Source: Acidobacteria bacterium RIFCSPLOWO2_12_FULL_66_21
Lineage (GTDB): Bacteria > Acidobacteriota > Vicinamibacteria > Vicinamibacterales > 2-12-FULL-66-21
Length of the DNA: 64,000 bases
Assembly: GCA_001767455.1 (NCBI GenBank)
Contig: MELC01000038.1
Location: 48,743 to 112,742, forward strand
Direction: 5' to 3'
A model generated the notes under the pieces. The model saw nothing but the letters and a program-made list of their open reading frames with translations, ran no database searches and was not told the DNA's origin. Numbering within the stretch: position 1 is the first letter of the stretch; each line of letters opens with the position of its first letter. This document shows, one piece after another, positions 17,491-26,407 of the stretch. The translations under genes and the position numbers were made by a program.

Positions 17491-20145
17491 TCAGCGCTGG
17501 ACGTGGACCCATACGCCCAGGAATCGCGCGTCGCGGCTGGCTGGATCGACGGCTGAGGGCCGGAAGCCCGATGCCGACGTGAACGTGATGAGGGTGGCCC
17601 CCCGGCTTCGGTCGAGCGGCACCTGGATCCGGCGCTCTTCCCCGGGCGCGAGACGCGCGTCCTCCCGCCAAGCCCCTGTTTCAAGCGTGAGTTGATTGTC
17701 GACCGGCGCGTTGCGCACGAACAGCGTGGCCGTGCTGCCGGCTGTGTCGGGCTGCAGCACGATCGACGACCGGCGCGCGCCGCCGATCCAGAACGCCTCC
17801 GGCTCGGGAAAACTCCTCTCGTCGAGAAAATACACCGTGGACGGCCCGTAGCGCACGGCCTTGCGCGCGTACTCCGGCGAGAGGCGCTGCCGCGGCGGCA
17901 CGATCGCCATCGGTTCGACGTCGAGGCCGGACACGATCCGGCGGGCCTGCTCGTCGCCGCGCACGACGATCGCCCGTACGTCCACGGGAAAGTCGAGGAC
18001 GATCGGCTGAGGCGGCACGGGAATGGGGCCGCTCCGCAGTGAGAACTGGTCCCGGCCAATCCCGACCATCAACCATCCGCCCTCGCCGACGGTGCGCGGC
18101 ACGAGACGATACCTGCCGGCCGGCACCCCGGGGAGCACGTAGAGCGGGCGGTCATTCTGTCCCGCCCCTCCGGCGATCGTCGCGCGCTCCGGCATCATGC
18201 GAAGCATCGGGGGAAGCGCGGCGGCGCTGAGCCGGGCGGCCGGGTACAGCGCGACGACAATGGCGCGGGGTCGATCGCCGAGTCGCCGAAGCACCTGAAG
18301 CCGTCCCTGGGTCACGTTGGCGCCATCGACGCCGTGCAGGTGCCACACGACGCTCAACGCAAGCATCGCGGCCGCCGCATAGAGTGCGCCTGCCGCGGCC
18401 ACGAGCGCGCCGCGCGTCCGCGCGTGGCGGGCCAGCCAGGCCAGCGCCAGCCATGCGCCGGTGATGGCGACCACCCAGATCACCGCGTCGCGCAAGAGCA
18501 GCAAGGCATGGATGTCGCGCCCCTCCCACCAGGAGGGCACCCCGCGCGCCAGATCCGCCGCGCCGTTCATCCACCCGAGCCATCGCGCGTCGCCCTCGCG
18601 GTCGTTGAACGCCAGCCGGCCCCCATCGACCAGCACCAGGATCGCTGAAGCGAACACCGTGAAGACGAGCGCCGCACACGCGGTGACGCGCGTGGCGCGG
18701 CGCGCGATCGCGGTCCAGGCGACGGCCGCCGGGATCGTGAGCGGCAGCAGCAGGGGAACGAAGAACCGCGCCGGGGCGCTGGTCCCTCCCCACCACATCG
18801 CGAAGTGCGTGACCGCCAGCAGGTACGGGACCGCCACGAACAACAGCTCCAGTGCGAGCCTGCGTGTCGCGGGACGCCGCAGCATCGCGCCAACTCCGGT
18901 GAACGCGAACAGCAGGACCGGCGCGTAGACGAACAGGCCGAAGCGCTGATCCGCGATGAGGCCCGCGATCCCCGCGGGAATGAACGCGATCGACCCGGCC
19001 TCGTCGGCATACGGCGCCGTCGGGTCCGGCGTCCCGTAGATCGCGACGAAGTAGCCGATCCAGGCGACGGCGGCGACGGCAGGGGCCGCCAGGAGGGCCA
19101 CCGCCTTGGCCGGGGCGTGCGGCGTGCGTGCAAGCCGCAGCAGGACAAGCCCGCCCAGACTGCCCGCGAGGAACGCGAACCGTGTATGCAGCCACGGCAG
19201 CAGCGCAAGCGCCGCGCCGTGGAGCAGCCAGGGCCACGCGCGCTCCGAGGCCGTGCGGCTCTCCTCATCGGCGCGCAGCAGCGCCCATACCCCGGTGAGG
19301 GTGACGACCGCGCCGGCGCCGTCGGGATAGACCGTGAAGGTGTGGAAGATCCACGTCGCCGACAGCGTGACGGCGGCCCACCCGAACCACGCGGCATCCT
19401 GCCGGCCCGTGACCCGTTCGGCGAGATGCCACGCGAGCGCGCTGCCAATCGACGCGAGCAGAATCAGGAACACGAGCACGCCGTGATAGCCCCCCACGGC
19501 GAAGGCCGGCGCGACGAGCGTCGGCAAGCCGGGGGCATGGATCGAATAGATCTCTCCGTCCCTTCCCCGACGACGGAAATCGGGCTTCGGCAGCTCGCCG
19601 GCGAAGAACGGCTGGTAATCGCCGCGCCGGTGATTGTTCTCGATGCGAAGGTCGTGATCCTTCAGGAGGCTTTGCGTGATGACGAGGTAGTGCGGCTCGT
19701 CGCCCCCGGGCACGGACGGCGACGCCTGCCACGCCGCGAGCGCGTAGATCGCGCATCCGACGACGCCGGCGGTCATGGCGCCGCGCCGCCTGTCGCGGAG
19801 CCAGGCGCGCGGGCGCCCCCCCATCGTCGCGACGAGCCCAACCGCCACTCCCAGCCAGACGGCGAGCGTCAGCGGACCGCTCCAAATCAGGAATGCGGCG
19901 GGCAATGGGACCGGCAGCCATGGAAGCAGGAGGAGGACGGCCAGCGACACGGGCGCGAGCGAGGCCCCCCGCACGCGCGCGAGCCCTACGCCGATCGCGG
20001 CGGCAGCGGCGATCAGCCACGAGACCGCCGACACCGGCAGCACCGCGATCCGCTCGCCGCCGGCGGCCAGGCCGATGGTCCCCTGCGACAGCCACGCGGC
20101 GAGCGCGGCGAGCAACAGAGCAGCCGGGAGCGCGAGACGTGGCAT
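17491..20145 (-). CDS. GT-C fold membrane glycosyltransferase (ArnT/PMT-like, COG1807-type) with a large C-terminal periplasmic domain
   Basis: About 12 TM helices. The first-loop motif DEPHYLVITQSLLKDHDL resembles the DE-x-x-Y acceptor loop of ArnT/PMT enzymes. A ~360-aa soluble C-terminal domain follows. The true start is ATG 20145 (M192 of the track ORF); the upstream extension overlaps the divergent gene. Confidence 0.55.
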   Translation of the reverse strand: MPRLALPAALLLAALAAWLSQGTIGLAAGGERIAVLPVSAVSWLIAAAAAIGVGLARVRGASLAPVSLAVLLLLPWLPVPLPAAFLIWSGPLTLAVWLGVAVGLVATMGGRPRAWLRDRRRGAMTAGVVGCAIYALAAWQASPSVPGGDEPHYLVITQSLLKDHDLRIENNHRRGDYQPFFAGELPKPDFRRRGRDGEIYSIHAPGLPTLVAPAFAVGGYHGVLVFLILLASIGSALAWHLAERVTGRQDAAWFGWAAVTLSATWIFHTFTVYPDGAGAVVTLTGVWALLRADEESRTASERAWPWLLHGAALALLPWLHTRFAFLAGSLGGLVLLRLARTPHAPAKAVALLAAPAVAAVAWIGYFVAIYGTPDPTAPYADEAGSIAFIPAGIAGLIADQRFGLFVYAPVLLFAFTGVGAMLRRPATRRLALELLFVAVPYLLAVTHFAMWWGGTSAPARFFVPLLLPLTIPAAVAWTAIARRATRVTACAALVFTVFASAILVLVDGGRLAFNDREGDARWLGWMNGAADLARGVPSWWEGRDIHALLLLRDAVIWVVAITGAWLALAWLARHARTRGALVAAAGALYAAAAMLALSVVWHLHGVDGANVTQGRLQVLRRLGDRPRAIVVALYPAARLSAAALPPMLRMMPERATIAGGAGQNDRPLYVLPGVPAGRYRLVPRTVGEGGWLMVGIGRDQFSLRSGPIPVPPQPIVLDFPVDVRAIVVRGDEQARRIVSGLDVEPMAIVPPRQRLSPEYARKAVRYGPSTVYFLDERSFPEPEAFWIGGARRSSIVLQPDTAGSTATLFVRNAPVDNQLTLETGAWREDARLAPGEERRIQVPLDRSRGATLITFTSASGFRPSAVDPASRDARFLGVWVHVQR

Positions 20146-20196
20146 CAGGATGTCTGGGAACGACGCTCGGAATGAAGATAGAATGCCGCATTCTAC

Positions 20197-21879
20197 ATGC
20201 AGGCACGTCCGGACACCATCGTCGGCCGGGCTCTCCGTGGCACCGGCGTGCTCGCCGTCGCCGTGGCGGTCGTGGTCCTGATGACGTGGCCGCTTGCGAA
20301 GGGCATGGGGCGACTCGGCCGTACCGGCAGCGGCGACGGCCTGTTCAGCATCTGGAACGTCGCCTGGGTCGCGCGCACGATCGTGGCCGATCCGGTCAAT
20401 CTGTTCCGGGCGAACATCTTTTTCCCGCACGAGCACGCGCTGGCCTATTCCGAAGCCAACATCGGCGCCGGCGTGCTGGCGATTCCCGCCTGGTGGCTGA
20501 CGCAGAATCCCTACACGGCGCTCAACACGGCGCTGCTGCTCGCGTTCGCAACAAACCTGATCGGCATGTGGCTGCTCGCCAGGTACCTGTGCCGCGACAA
20601 AGCCGCCGCCGCGATTGCCGCGCTGATCTTCTCTTTCTGTCCGTACTTGTTCTCGCACACCGCGCACATCCAGCTGCTGATGGCCGGCGGCATCCCGCTG
20701 TCGCTGCTGATGCTCCACCGCGTCGCCGATGCGCCGTCCTGGAAGACCGCGCTCGCCCTCGGTCTCGCGCTCGCGGTCCAGGCGCTTTCATGCGCCTACT
20801 ACGGCATCTTCACGGGGCTCGTGGTCGGCTATGCCGCGCTGTTCCTTACGGTCAGCCGCGCAACGTGCCGGACCTTCGCGTTCTGGCGCGCGCTTGCGAT
20901 AGCGGCCGCGGCCTCCGGCCTGTGCGTGCTGCCGTTCTTCCTGCCGTACATCGACATTCGCGAGCAGCACAACTTCCGCCGGTCCATCGAAGAGGCGATG
21001 ACGTATTCGGGCAACCTCATGAGCTACCTCACGTCCTCGAGCCATGCGCACAAACCGGTGCTCGCGCTGGCTCGCCGGCTCGGGCCGTTCGAGGGGATGG
21101 TGGGCTTTCCCGGCTATCTTGCGATCGTGTTCGGCCTCTCGGGCCTCGCGATGGGCGCCGTGGCGGCACGCCGGAGCGCTGATCGGCCGTTCGAACGCGA
21201 GACCGCGCTCCTCTATGGATCCATCGGCGTGCTCGCGTTGTGGGCGTCGCTCGGCCCGCGGCTCGGGCTGTACACGGCTCTTTTTCGCGCCGTGCCGCTC
21301 TTTTCCTTCCTGCGCGCGCCGTCCCGGTTCAATCTGGTTGTGGTGTTCTCGCTTGCGGTGCTGGCATCGCTGGCGCTCTCGCGTCTCTTTCAGATGGTCG
21401 GCGGAACACGCCGGCGTCTTCTGGCGGCCGGGCTCGCAGCGGCCGCGATCGCCGAGCTGAACATCCTGCCGTTCCCGTGGGAGGCGGCGCCGAGGTTGCC
21501 GCCCAGTTATCGCGTGCTCGCGAAGCTGCCGCGCGGGCCGCTCGCGGAGTTCCCCTTCTACGGCGCGCGGTCGGTGTTTCACCTGCATACGCAGTATCAG
21601 GTGTTCTCGACGGCGCACTGGATGCCGATGCTGAACGGTTACAGCGACGTCATCCCCGTCGATTTTCGTGAGACCGCGCCCATCCTCGAGAGCTTCCCGT
21701 CGAACGAAGCCTTCGACGTGCTGCGGAAACGGCGCACCCGCTACGTCGGCGTCCACTGGGACATGTACGGACAAAGAGAAGAGGAGATCAGGACGCGGCT
21801 GATCCCGTTCCGCGCCTACCTGCAGATAGTGGCCGAGGATGAAATGATGACGCTGTACGAGGTCATCCGATTCCCGTGA
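20197..21879 (+). CDS. Polytopic membrane protein of unknown function (paralog of 59927-61882)
   Basis: More than 10 TM helices. Motifs GDGLFSIWNVAWVAR and PYTALNTALLLAFATNLIGMWLLARYL are shared with the protein at 59927-61882. Divergent from the GT-C gene across a 51-bp gap. Confidence 0.6.
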   Translation: MQARPDTIVGRALRGTGVLAVAVAVVVLMTWPLAKGMGRLGRTGSGDGLFSIWNVAWVARTIVADPVNLFRANIFFPHEHALAYSEANIGAGVLAIPAWWLTQNPYTALNTALLLAFATNLIGMWLLARYLCRDKAAAAIAALIFSFCPYLFSHTAHIQLLMAGGIPLSLLMLHRVADAPSWKTALALGLALAVQALSCAYYGIFTGLVVGYAALFLTVSRATCRTFAFWRALAIAAAASGLCVLPFFLPYIDIREQHNFRRSIEEAMTYSGNLMSYLTSSSHAHKPVLALARRLGPFEGMVGFPGYLAIVFGLSGLAMGAVAARRSADRPFERETALLYGSIGVLALWASLGPRLGLYTALFRAVPLFSFLRAPSRFNLVVVFSLAVLASLALSRLFQMVGGTRRRLLAAGLAAAAIAELNILPFPWEAAPRLPPSYRVLAKLPRGPLAEFPFYGARSVFHLHTQYQVFSTAHWMPMLNGYSDVIPVDFRETAPILESFPSNEAFDVLRKRRTRYVGVHWDMYGQREEEIRTRLIPFRAYLQIVAEDEMMTLYEVIRFP

Positions 21880-24303
21880 TCAGCCGCCCGATTTCTTTTT
21901 CGCGGTGCTGGTCTTCGGGACGCTCTTTTTCTTCGGCGAGACCTTCCCGGACGGCGTGCTTTTCTTCGTCACGGCCGGTGGCTTCTTCCGTGCAGGCGCC
22001 TTGGCCGTCGCGGGCTTCCGCGTTGCGGGCTTCGTGGCGACCGGGGCCTTCGGACCCTTCGTGACGGGCACAGGCGCGGTGCGCGTCGCGACACGCGGCC
22101 TGCCGCCCCCTTCGCCGTACAGCATCCGGTAGTCCTCGGCGGTCCCGAGGATTCGCTTCACGTAGTTCTGGGTCTCGGGAAACGGGATGTCGTCGATGAA
22201 CTCGTCTTCCTCGAGGCCGGGCCGCTCCGCCTTCCAGCGCACGATCCGGCTCTCTCCGGCGTTGTAGCTCGCAAGCGCGTAGTAGGTCCCCCCGAACTGC
22301 TTGACGAGCTGCGAGAAATAGAGCGTGCCGAGCCTGATGTTGACATCCGGATTGGTCAGCATCGGCGTGCTGAATCTCCGGATGCCCACCGTGCGCGCCA
22401 GACGCCTGCCCGTCGAGGGCAGGATCTGCATCAGGCCCCACGCGTTCGCGGCCGACTTGACCCCGGCGTCGAACGTCGATTCCTGCGCGATGAGCGCCGC
22501 GACGACATACGGGTCGAGATGATGCTTCGCCGAGTTCCTCTTGATCGCGTCCCAATACGTCAGCGGGAAGATCACCTGGAGGATCCCGGGTGGCAGCGCC
22601 TGCCCGCCGCCGGTCAGGAACTGCGGATACACCCGCCGCATCAGCGTGATGGCGCGGCGCAGCTCCCCCTGCTGGTGGTAGACCCACGCGATCGTCGCAT
22701 CGATGGCCGGCGACCCTCCCCACACGCGCTGCGCGTACCGCAGTTCGTTCAGCGCGTCATCGTACATGCCGTTGGCCAGCAGCAGCCGGATCGTCCGATC
22801 GGTGGGCACCCGCTCGATCTCGGGTGCGGGCCGTGTCGTGCGCGAGGCATGCGCGGCGCGATCGCCCGCGGTCGAGAGGCCCGCGCGCCGCCCGAGTTGA
22901 CGCTCCGCCAGCCGGCCGTAGTACGAGTTGCCGTAGTCGGTGAAGACCAGGCGGAGACGCGCGTTCGCCTCTGTCGCTTCCCCCAGCCGCTCGTGCGCCC
23001 GCGCGGCCCAGTAGAGATAGGACGGACGATAGTCGGACCGCGGAAATGTCGCCGCGGCGGTTTCGAACACGCGAACGGTCTCCGCGTCGTCGCCGGTGCG
23101 GTACTTCCACCAGCCGTACTTCCAGGCGGCGCGCTCCGCGCGGGCGCCGGTCGGGAACTTCTCCACGATCGCGCGGAAGGTTTCCGCGGCCAGTGCGTCC
23201 TGGTCGGAAATGATGTAGTAGCTGGCCAGGTTGTTCAGCGCCTCTTCCGACCAGGAGCTGTCGGGAAACTCGGCGACGAGCGACGTCGTGCCGCCGATGT
23301 ACTGGTCGATCTCGCCGAGCCCCCTGAGCGCGCTCAGATAGAAGAAGCGCGCCTCGGCTCTGCGAGAAGCGCGGTCCAGATAGGGGCGTACGCCGTCGCG
23401 CGCCGCCGCGTAGCGCTTCAGGAAGAACTCGCACTCCGCCAGGCGCAGATCCGCCAGCTCCTTGTCGTCCCCTTCCGCCTGGCGCTGGAGATCCTGGTAA
23501 ACCGCGCGCGCCTCGTCGTACCGCCGCGCGCCGAACAGGATCTGCGCGCGGCCGAGATCCGCCTTGTAGCCGGTGCGCACGATGACGTCCTGCAGCGCGG
23601 AGATGTGCGGGGCCGCGGCCGTCGCCGCGTCCGTCAGCGGGAACTCGTAGTACAGCCGCACGTACGCCGCGGCGGCTTTCGCGCGATCGCCGGCGGCCAG
23701 CGCCGCGCGTCCGAGCCGAGTCAGCACCTCGTCGTTTACGGCGTCCTTGTCGGCGGCAATCGGCTCATAAAGCCGCACGGCCGCCGCGGCGTCGCCAGCC
23801 GCTTCCGCGGCCTCCCCTGCCGCGAGCGCGGCGGCGATCGCCAGATGACCCTCGGGCTTTTTCTCGCGGAGCGATTCGAACGTGCGGCGCGCATCGGCGA
23901 CACGGCCCATTCGCAGCTCGGCGAGGCCCACATAGTAGGTCGCGTACCCGGCAAGCGGCGTCGCGGCAAGCGCCGGCCGGCCGAGCAGCCCGAGCGCGCC
24001 CGCGTAGTCGGTCGCGCGGTACTTCGCGACGCCGTCGGCAAGCGGCTCGTATACGCCAATCGTGCGGGCGGCGCGCTCACGTTCCGACGGCACGAGCCAT
24101 AGGTCGCTCGGGTCCTCCGGCAACGCCGGGTGGACGGTCGGTGCGAGCTGGGCGGGCGGGGCGGTGGGCGGCTGCGCCGAGGGCGGCGGGGTCTGCCGCG
24201 CGGCGCCAATCAGCGGGACGAATGCGAGCGGCAGGACAATGAATCGGATGGTGATAACCACGAGCTGAAGGTCCCGAAGCTTACCCGAGGAGCGAAGCGT
24301 CAC
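21880..24303 (-). CDS. Soluble lytic murein transglycosylase (Slt-type: TPR-like superhelix + SLT domain) with a Pro/Lys-rich C-terminal tail
   Basis: SLT catalytic region (AQESTFDAGVKSAANAWGLMQILPSTG...YNAG), N-terminal helical repeats and a C-terminal KPATRKPATAKAPARKKPPAVTKK tail. GTG start. Its stop abuts the stop of the convergent upstream gene (TGATCA). Confidence 0.8.
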   Translation of the reverse strand: MTLRSSGKLRDLQLVVITIRFIVLPLAFVPLIGAARQTPPPSAQPPTAPPAQLAPTVHPALPEDPSDLWLVPSERERAARTIGVYEPLADGVAKYRATDYAGALGLLGRPALAATPLAGYATYYVGLAELRMGRVADARRTFESLREKKPEGHLAIAAALAAGEAAEAAGDAAAAVRLYEPIAADKDAVNDEVLTRLGRAALAAGDRAKAAAAYVRLYYEFPLTDAATAAAPHISALQDVIVRTGYKADLGRAQILFGARRYDEARAVYQDLQRQAEGDDKELADLRLAECEFFLKRYAAARDGVRPYLDRASRRAEARFFYLSALRGLGEIDQYIGGTTSLVAEFPDSSWSEEALNNLASYYIISDQDALAAETFRAIVEKFPTGARAERAAWKYGWWKYRTGDDAETVRVFETAAATFPRSDYRPSYLYWAARAHERLGEATEANARLRLVFTDYGNSYYGRLAERQLGRRAGLSTAGDRAAHASRTTRPAPEIERVPTDRTIRLLLANGMYDDALNELRYAQRVWGGSPAIDATIAWVYHQQGELRRAITLMRRVYPQFLTGGGQALPPGILQVIFPLTYWDAIKRNSAKHHLDPYVVAALIAQESTFDAGVKSAANAWGLMQILPSTGRRLARTVGIRRFSTPMLTNPDVNIRLGTLYFSQLVKQFGGTYYALASYNAGESRIVRWKAERPGLEEDEFIDDIPFPETQNYVKRILGTAEDYRMLYGEGGGRPRVATRTAPVPVTKGPKAPVATKPATRKPATAKAPARKKPPAVTKKSTPSGKVSPKKKSVPKTSTAKKKSGG

Positions 24304-25573
24304 CGCCTGCCAGCGTCTGCACGAGCTCCTGCTGGAAATGGAAATCGCGCGCCCGCATCGTGGCGGGGACGCGCTCGTCGTACAGGCGGCGGGCGCGATC
24401 GATTTCCGGCGCGAGGCGCTGCAGCAGATCGCGCTTCTCGCGCCCGGTGCGAACGGCGGTCTCGTTGTACAGCTTGATCTCCGAGACCAGCAGCCGCGCG
24501 TACCGCCGCGCGCCCTGCTCGTCGTCGCCCGCCGGGGTCTGCGCGGACGCCGGGGCCGCGCCGCCCAGGAGCCGCATGGCGTCCGCGGTGCGGACCGCGG
24601 TGAGGTACGCGATCGCGGCCGCCGCGTGCCGTCCGAGAATCTGGATGGTTTCCTCCCAGCCCTTCAGGCTGGGGGGCTTCGTCTCGGCCTCGGCGCCCGA
24701 CGCCGCGTCGTCGGCATGGAGAACGGCCACGGCGCGGCCGTCCAGCACGAAAGGAACGGCGATGGCGGTGGCCGCATCGCGGGCGAAGGCCGGCGCGCGA
24801 AGACCGTCGGTGCCACTTGCCGCAATCAACGGCTCCTGCCGCCGGAGCGCGTCGCCGAGCACACCCGCTTCCCGGGCATCCACCGCGATCGGACCGGCCG
24901 ACAACGCCGGCGCACCCTCCGCTGTCCACTCGTCGAGCTGCTGGCCGTTCACGACGAACAGCGCCGCCCGGGGTGCTTCGGCGGCAGCGCCTCGCACGAC
25001 AGCGGTCAGGATCTCGGAGAGGGAGGTGGCCTCGTCGATGTCCGCCACGGCATTGAGCAGGTGCGTGAGGTCACGCGCAGCGCCCGCGCGCCGGGCGCGC
25101 TCGATCGCCTCGTTCGTCAGGCGCCGCTCGTCGTCGAGCGCGGTGCGCGCCTCGTCGAGCGCGCGTTCGGCCTCCTGCCGCCGCGCCTCCGACAGTTCAC
25201 GCTCCGCCTCGGCCCGGCTTCGCTCGGTTGCCAGCGCATGTTCCATCTCGCGCCGGAGATCGGCGGCGGATTCAGCCGCGGCCTGTTCGGCCTCGACGCG
25301 GGCCCGCATCGTTTCGGCCACTAGGCGCCGCTCCGCTTCGCCGCGGGCGCTGGCGACCTCCGACTGCAGCCGCGTGTCCCAATCGGCCCGCACCGACGCC
25401 AGCTTGGAGGCCCAGCGCTGCTCCGCCTCCGCTTCGGCGGCCTGTCGCGCACGCTCGATCATCTCGTCGTAGGTGGCCGTCAGCGCCGCAATCTGGGCAT
25501 CCAGCTCGGCCTGCACCCGTGTGCGGAACCCGTCCACGACGACGCGAAGCTCGTCATCTGCCATTCTCGGCAT
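24281..25573 (-). CDS. Hypothetical coiled-coil protein with a C-terminal GAF-like domain
   Basis: A long charged coiled coil (residues ~30-200) is followed by a GAF-like region (LFVVNGQQLDEWTAEG...AVPFVLDGRAVAVLHADDA). Start at ATG 25573 or 25564. Confidence 0.5.
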   Translation of the reverse strand: MPRMADDELRVVVDGFRTRVQAELDAQIAALTATYDEMIERARQAAEAEAEQRWASKLASVRADWDTRLQSEVASARGEAERRLVAETMRARVEAEQAAAESAADLRREMEHALATERSRAEAERELSEARRQEAERALDEARTALDDERRLTNEAIERARRAGAARDLTHLLNAVADIDEATSLSEILTAVVRGAAAEAPRAALFVVNGQQLDEWTAEGAPALSAGPIAVDAREAGVLGDALRRQEPLIAASGTDGLRAPAFARDAATAIAVPFVLDGRAVAVLHADDAASGAEAETKPPSLKGWEETIQILGRHAAAAIAYLTAVRTADAMRLLGGAAPASAQTPAGDDEQGARRYARLLVSEIKLYNETAVRTGREKRDLLQRLAPEIDRARRLYDERVPATMRARDFHFQQELVQTLAGGDASLLG

Positions 25574-25637
25574 TATCGGAACAAGCGCGCGGCAAGTCAA
25601 CTGGTGAAAACGCCGCAAATCCAAGCCCGACAGCCAT

Positions 25638-25666
25638 TTGACGGCGCGCGAAGGGGGCGGTAGAAT
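25638..25666 (+). promoter_or_regulatory. Sigma70-type promoter TTGACG-17-TAGAAT for ssrA
   Basis: TTGACG at 25638-25643, 17-bp spacer, TAGAAT at 25661-25666, 16 nt upstream of the mature tmRNA 5' end. Confidence 0.5.
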
Positions 25667-25681
25667 GAAGGTTCACCCGAT

Positions 25682-26032
25682 GGGGGCGACCTAGATTCGA
25701 CGGAGATACGGTTTCGCAGGATGCGTGCCGAGGACCATCACCCTCGTAAATCAGATGGAACACACAATAACTGCAAACACGCAGCTCGCTCTCGCAGCCT
25801 AAACCCCTGTGAGCGTCCACTCCGGTCAGCCTGCGGGCCGGAACTGGATGTCATTCAAGCAGGCTGGCTGTTGACGGCCGTCCCGGACGTCAACGGCGAG
25901 ATCGTTCCGGGGTTGGCGCGCGGCGGTTGTGCCGCTTCTTCACGCCGCGCGCAACACATTAGAGGCGGATACGCATCGTAGATTCCTGCGGGGATGTATT
26001 TTCGGACCCGGGTGCAAATCCCGGCGCCTCCA
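25682..26032 (+). ncRNA. ssrA: tmRNA (transfer-messenger RNA)
   Basis: 5' GGGGGCGACCUAGAUUCGACGG (the conserved GAUUCGACGG). Internal tag reading frame GCA AAC ACG CAG CTC GCT CTC GCA GCC TAA gives (A)ANTQLALAA at 25773-25802. 3' tRNA-like end GGACCCGGGUGCAAAUCCCGGCGCCUCCA, whose acceptor strand pairs with the 5' end. A terminator-like hairpin lies at 26049-26076. Confidence 0.9.
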
Positions 26033-26270
26033 ATTCCTACTTCGCTCGGTGGGGCCCCTTTAACATTCCCCACCTCGCTGCGCGCTCGGGGTCGCCGCTG
26101 CGCGGCGACTACCCTCCGGCCCTCGCTTGCGGCCGCAGGCGCTGCTGACTCAATACTCAGTTCCTTTTCGCCTTCATTCCAGCACGACCGGTTGCACAGT
26201 CATCGCTCGGCGTCGCCTCGCTCGGCTGCTCAGCGCAATCGACAAATCAAAGTCCATCAATGGGTCTCGC

Positions 26271-26400
26271 ACCTTTCAGCCCCCTCAGCACCCCTCAGCA
26301 CCCCTCAGCACCCCTCAGCACCCCTCAGCACCCCTCAGCACCCTTCAGCACCCCTCAGCACCCTTCAGCACCCTTCAGCACCCTTCAGCACCCTTCAGCG
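26271..26400. repeat. Minisatellite of 13 tandem copies of the 10-bp unit CCC(C/T)TCAGCA
   Basis: Perfectly phased 10-bp period read directly: 8 CCCCTCAGCA-type and 5 CCCTTCAGCA-type copies. Sits between ssrA and the 3' end of gene 26408-28591. Confidence 0.9.
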
Positions 26401-26407
26401 CCACCCA

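Noticed and set aside
26033-26270. Genomic island integrated at the ssrA 3' end
   Set aside because: No integrase gene, and I found no duplicated ssrA 3'-end att site downstream. Only the minisatellite and the paralogous secreted-protein genes follow.
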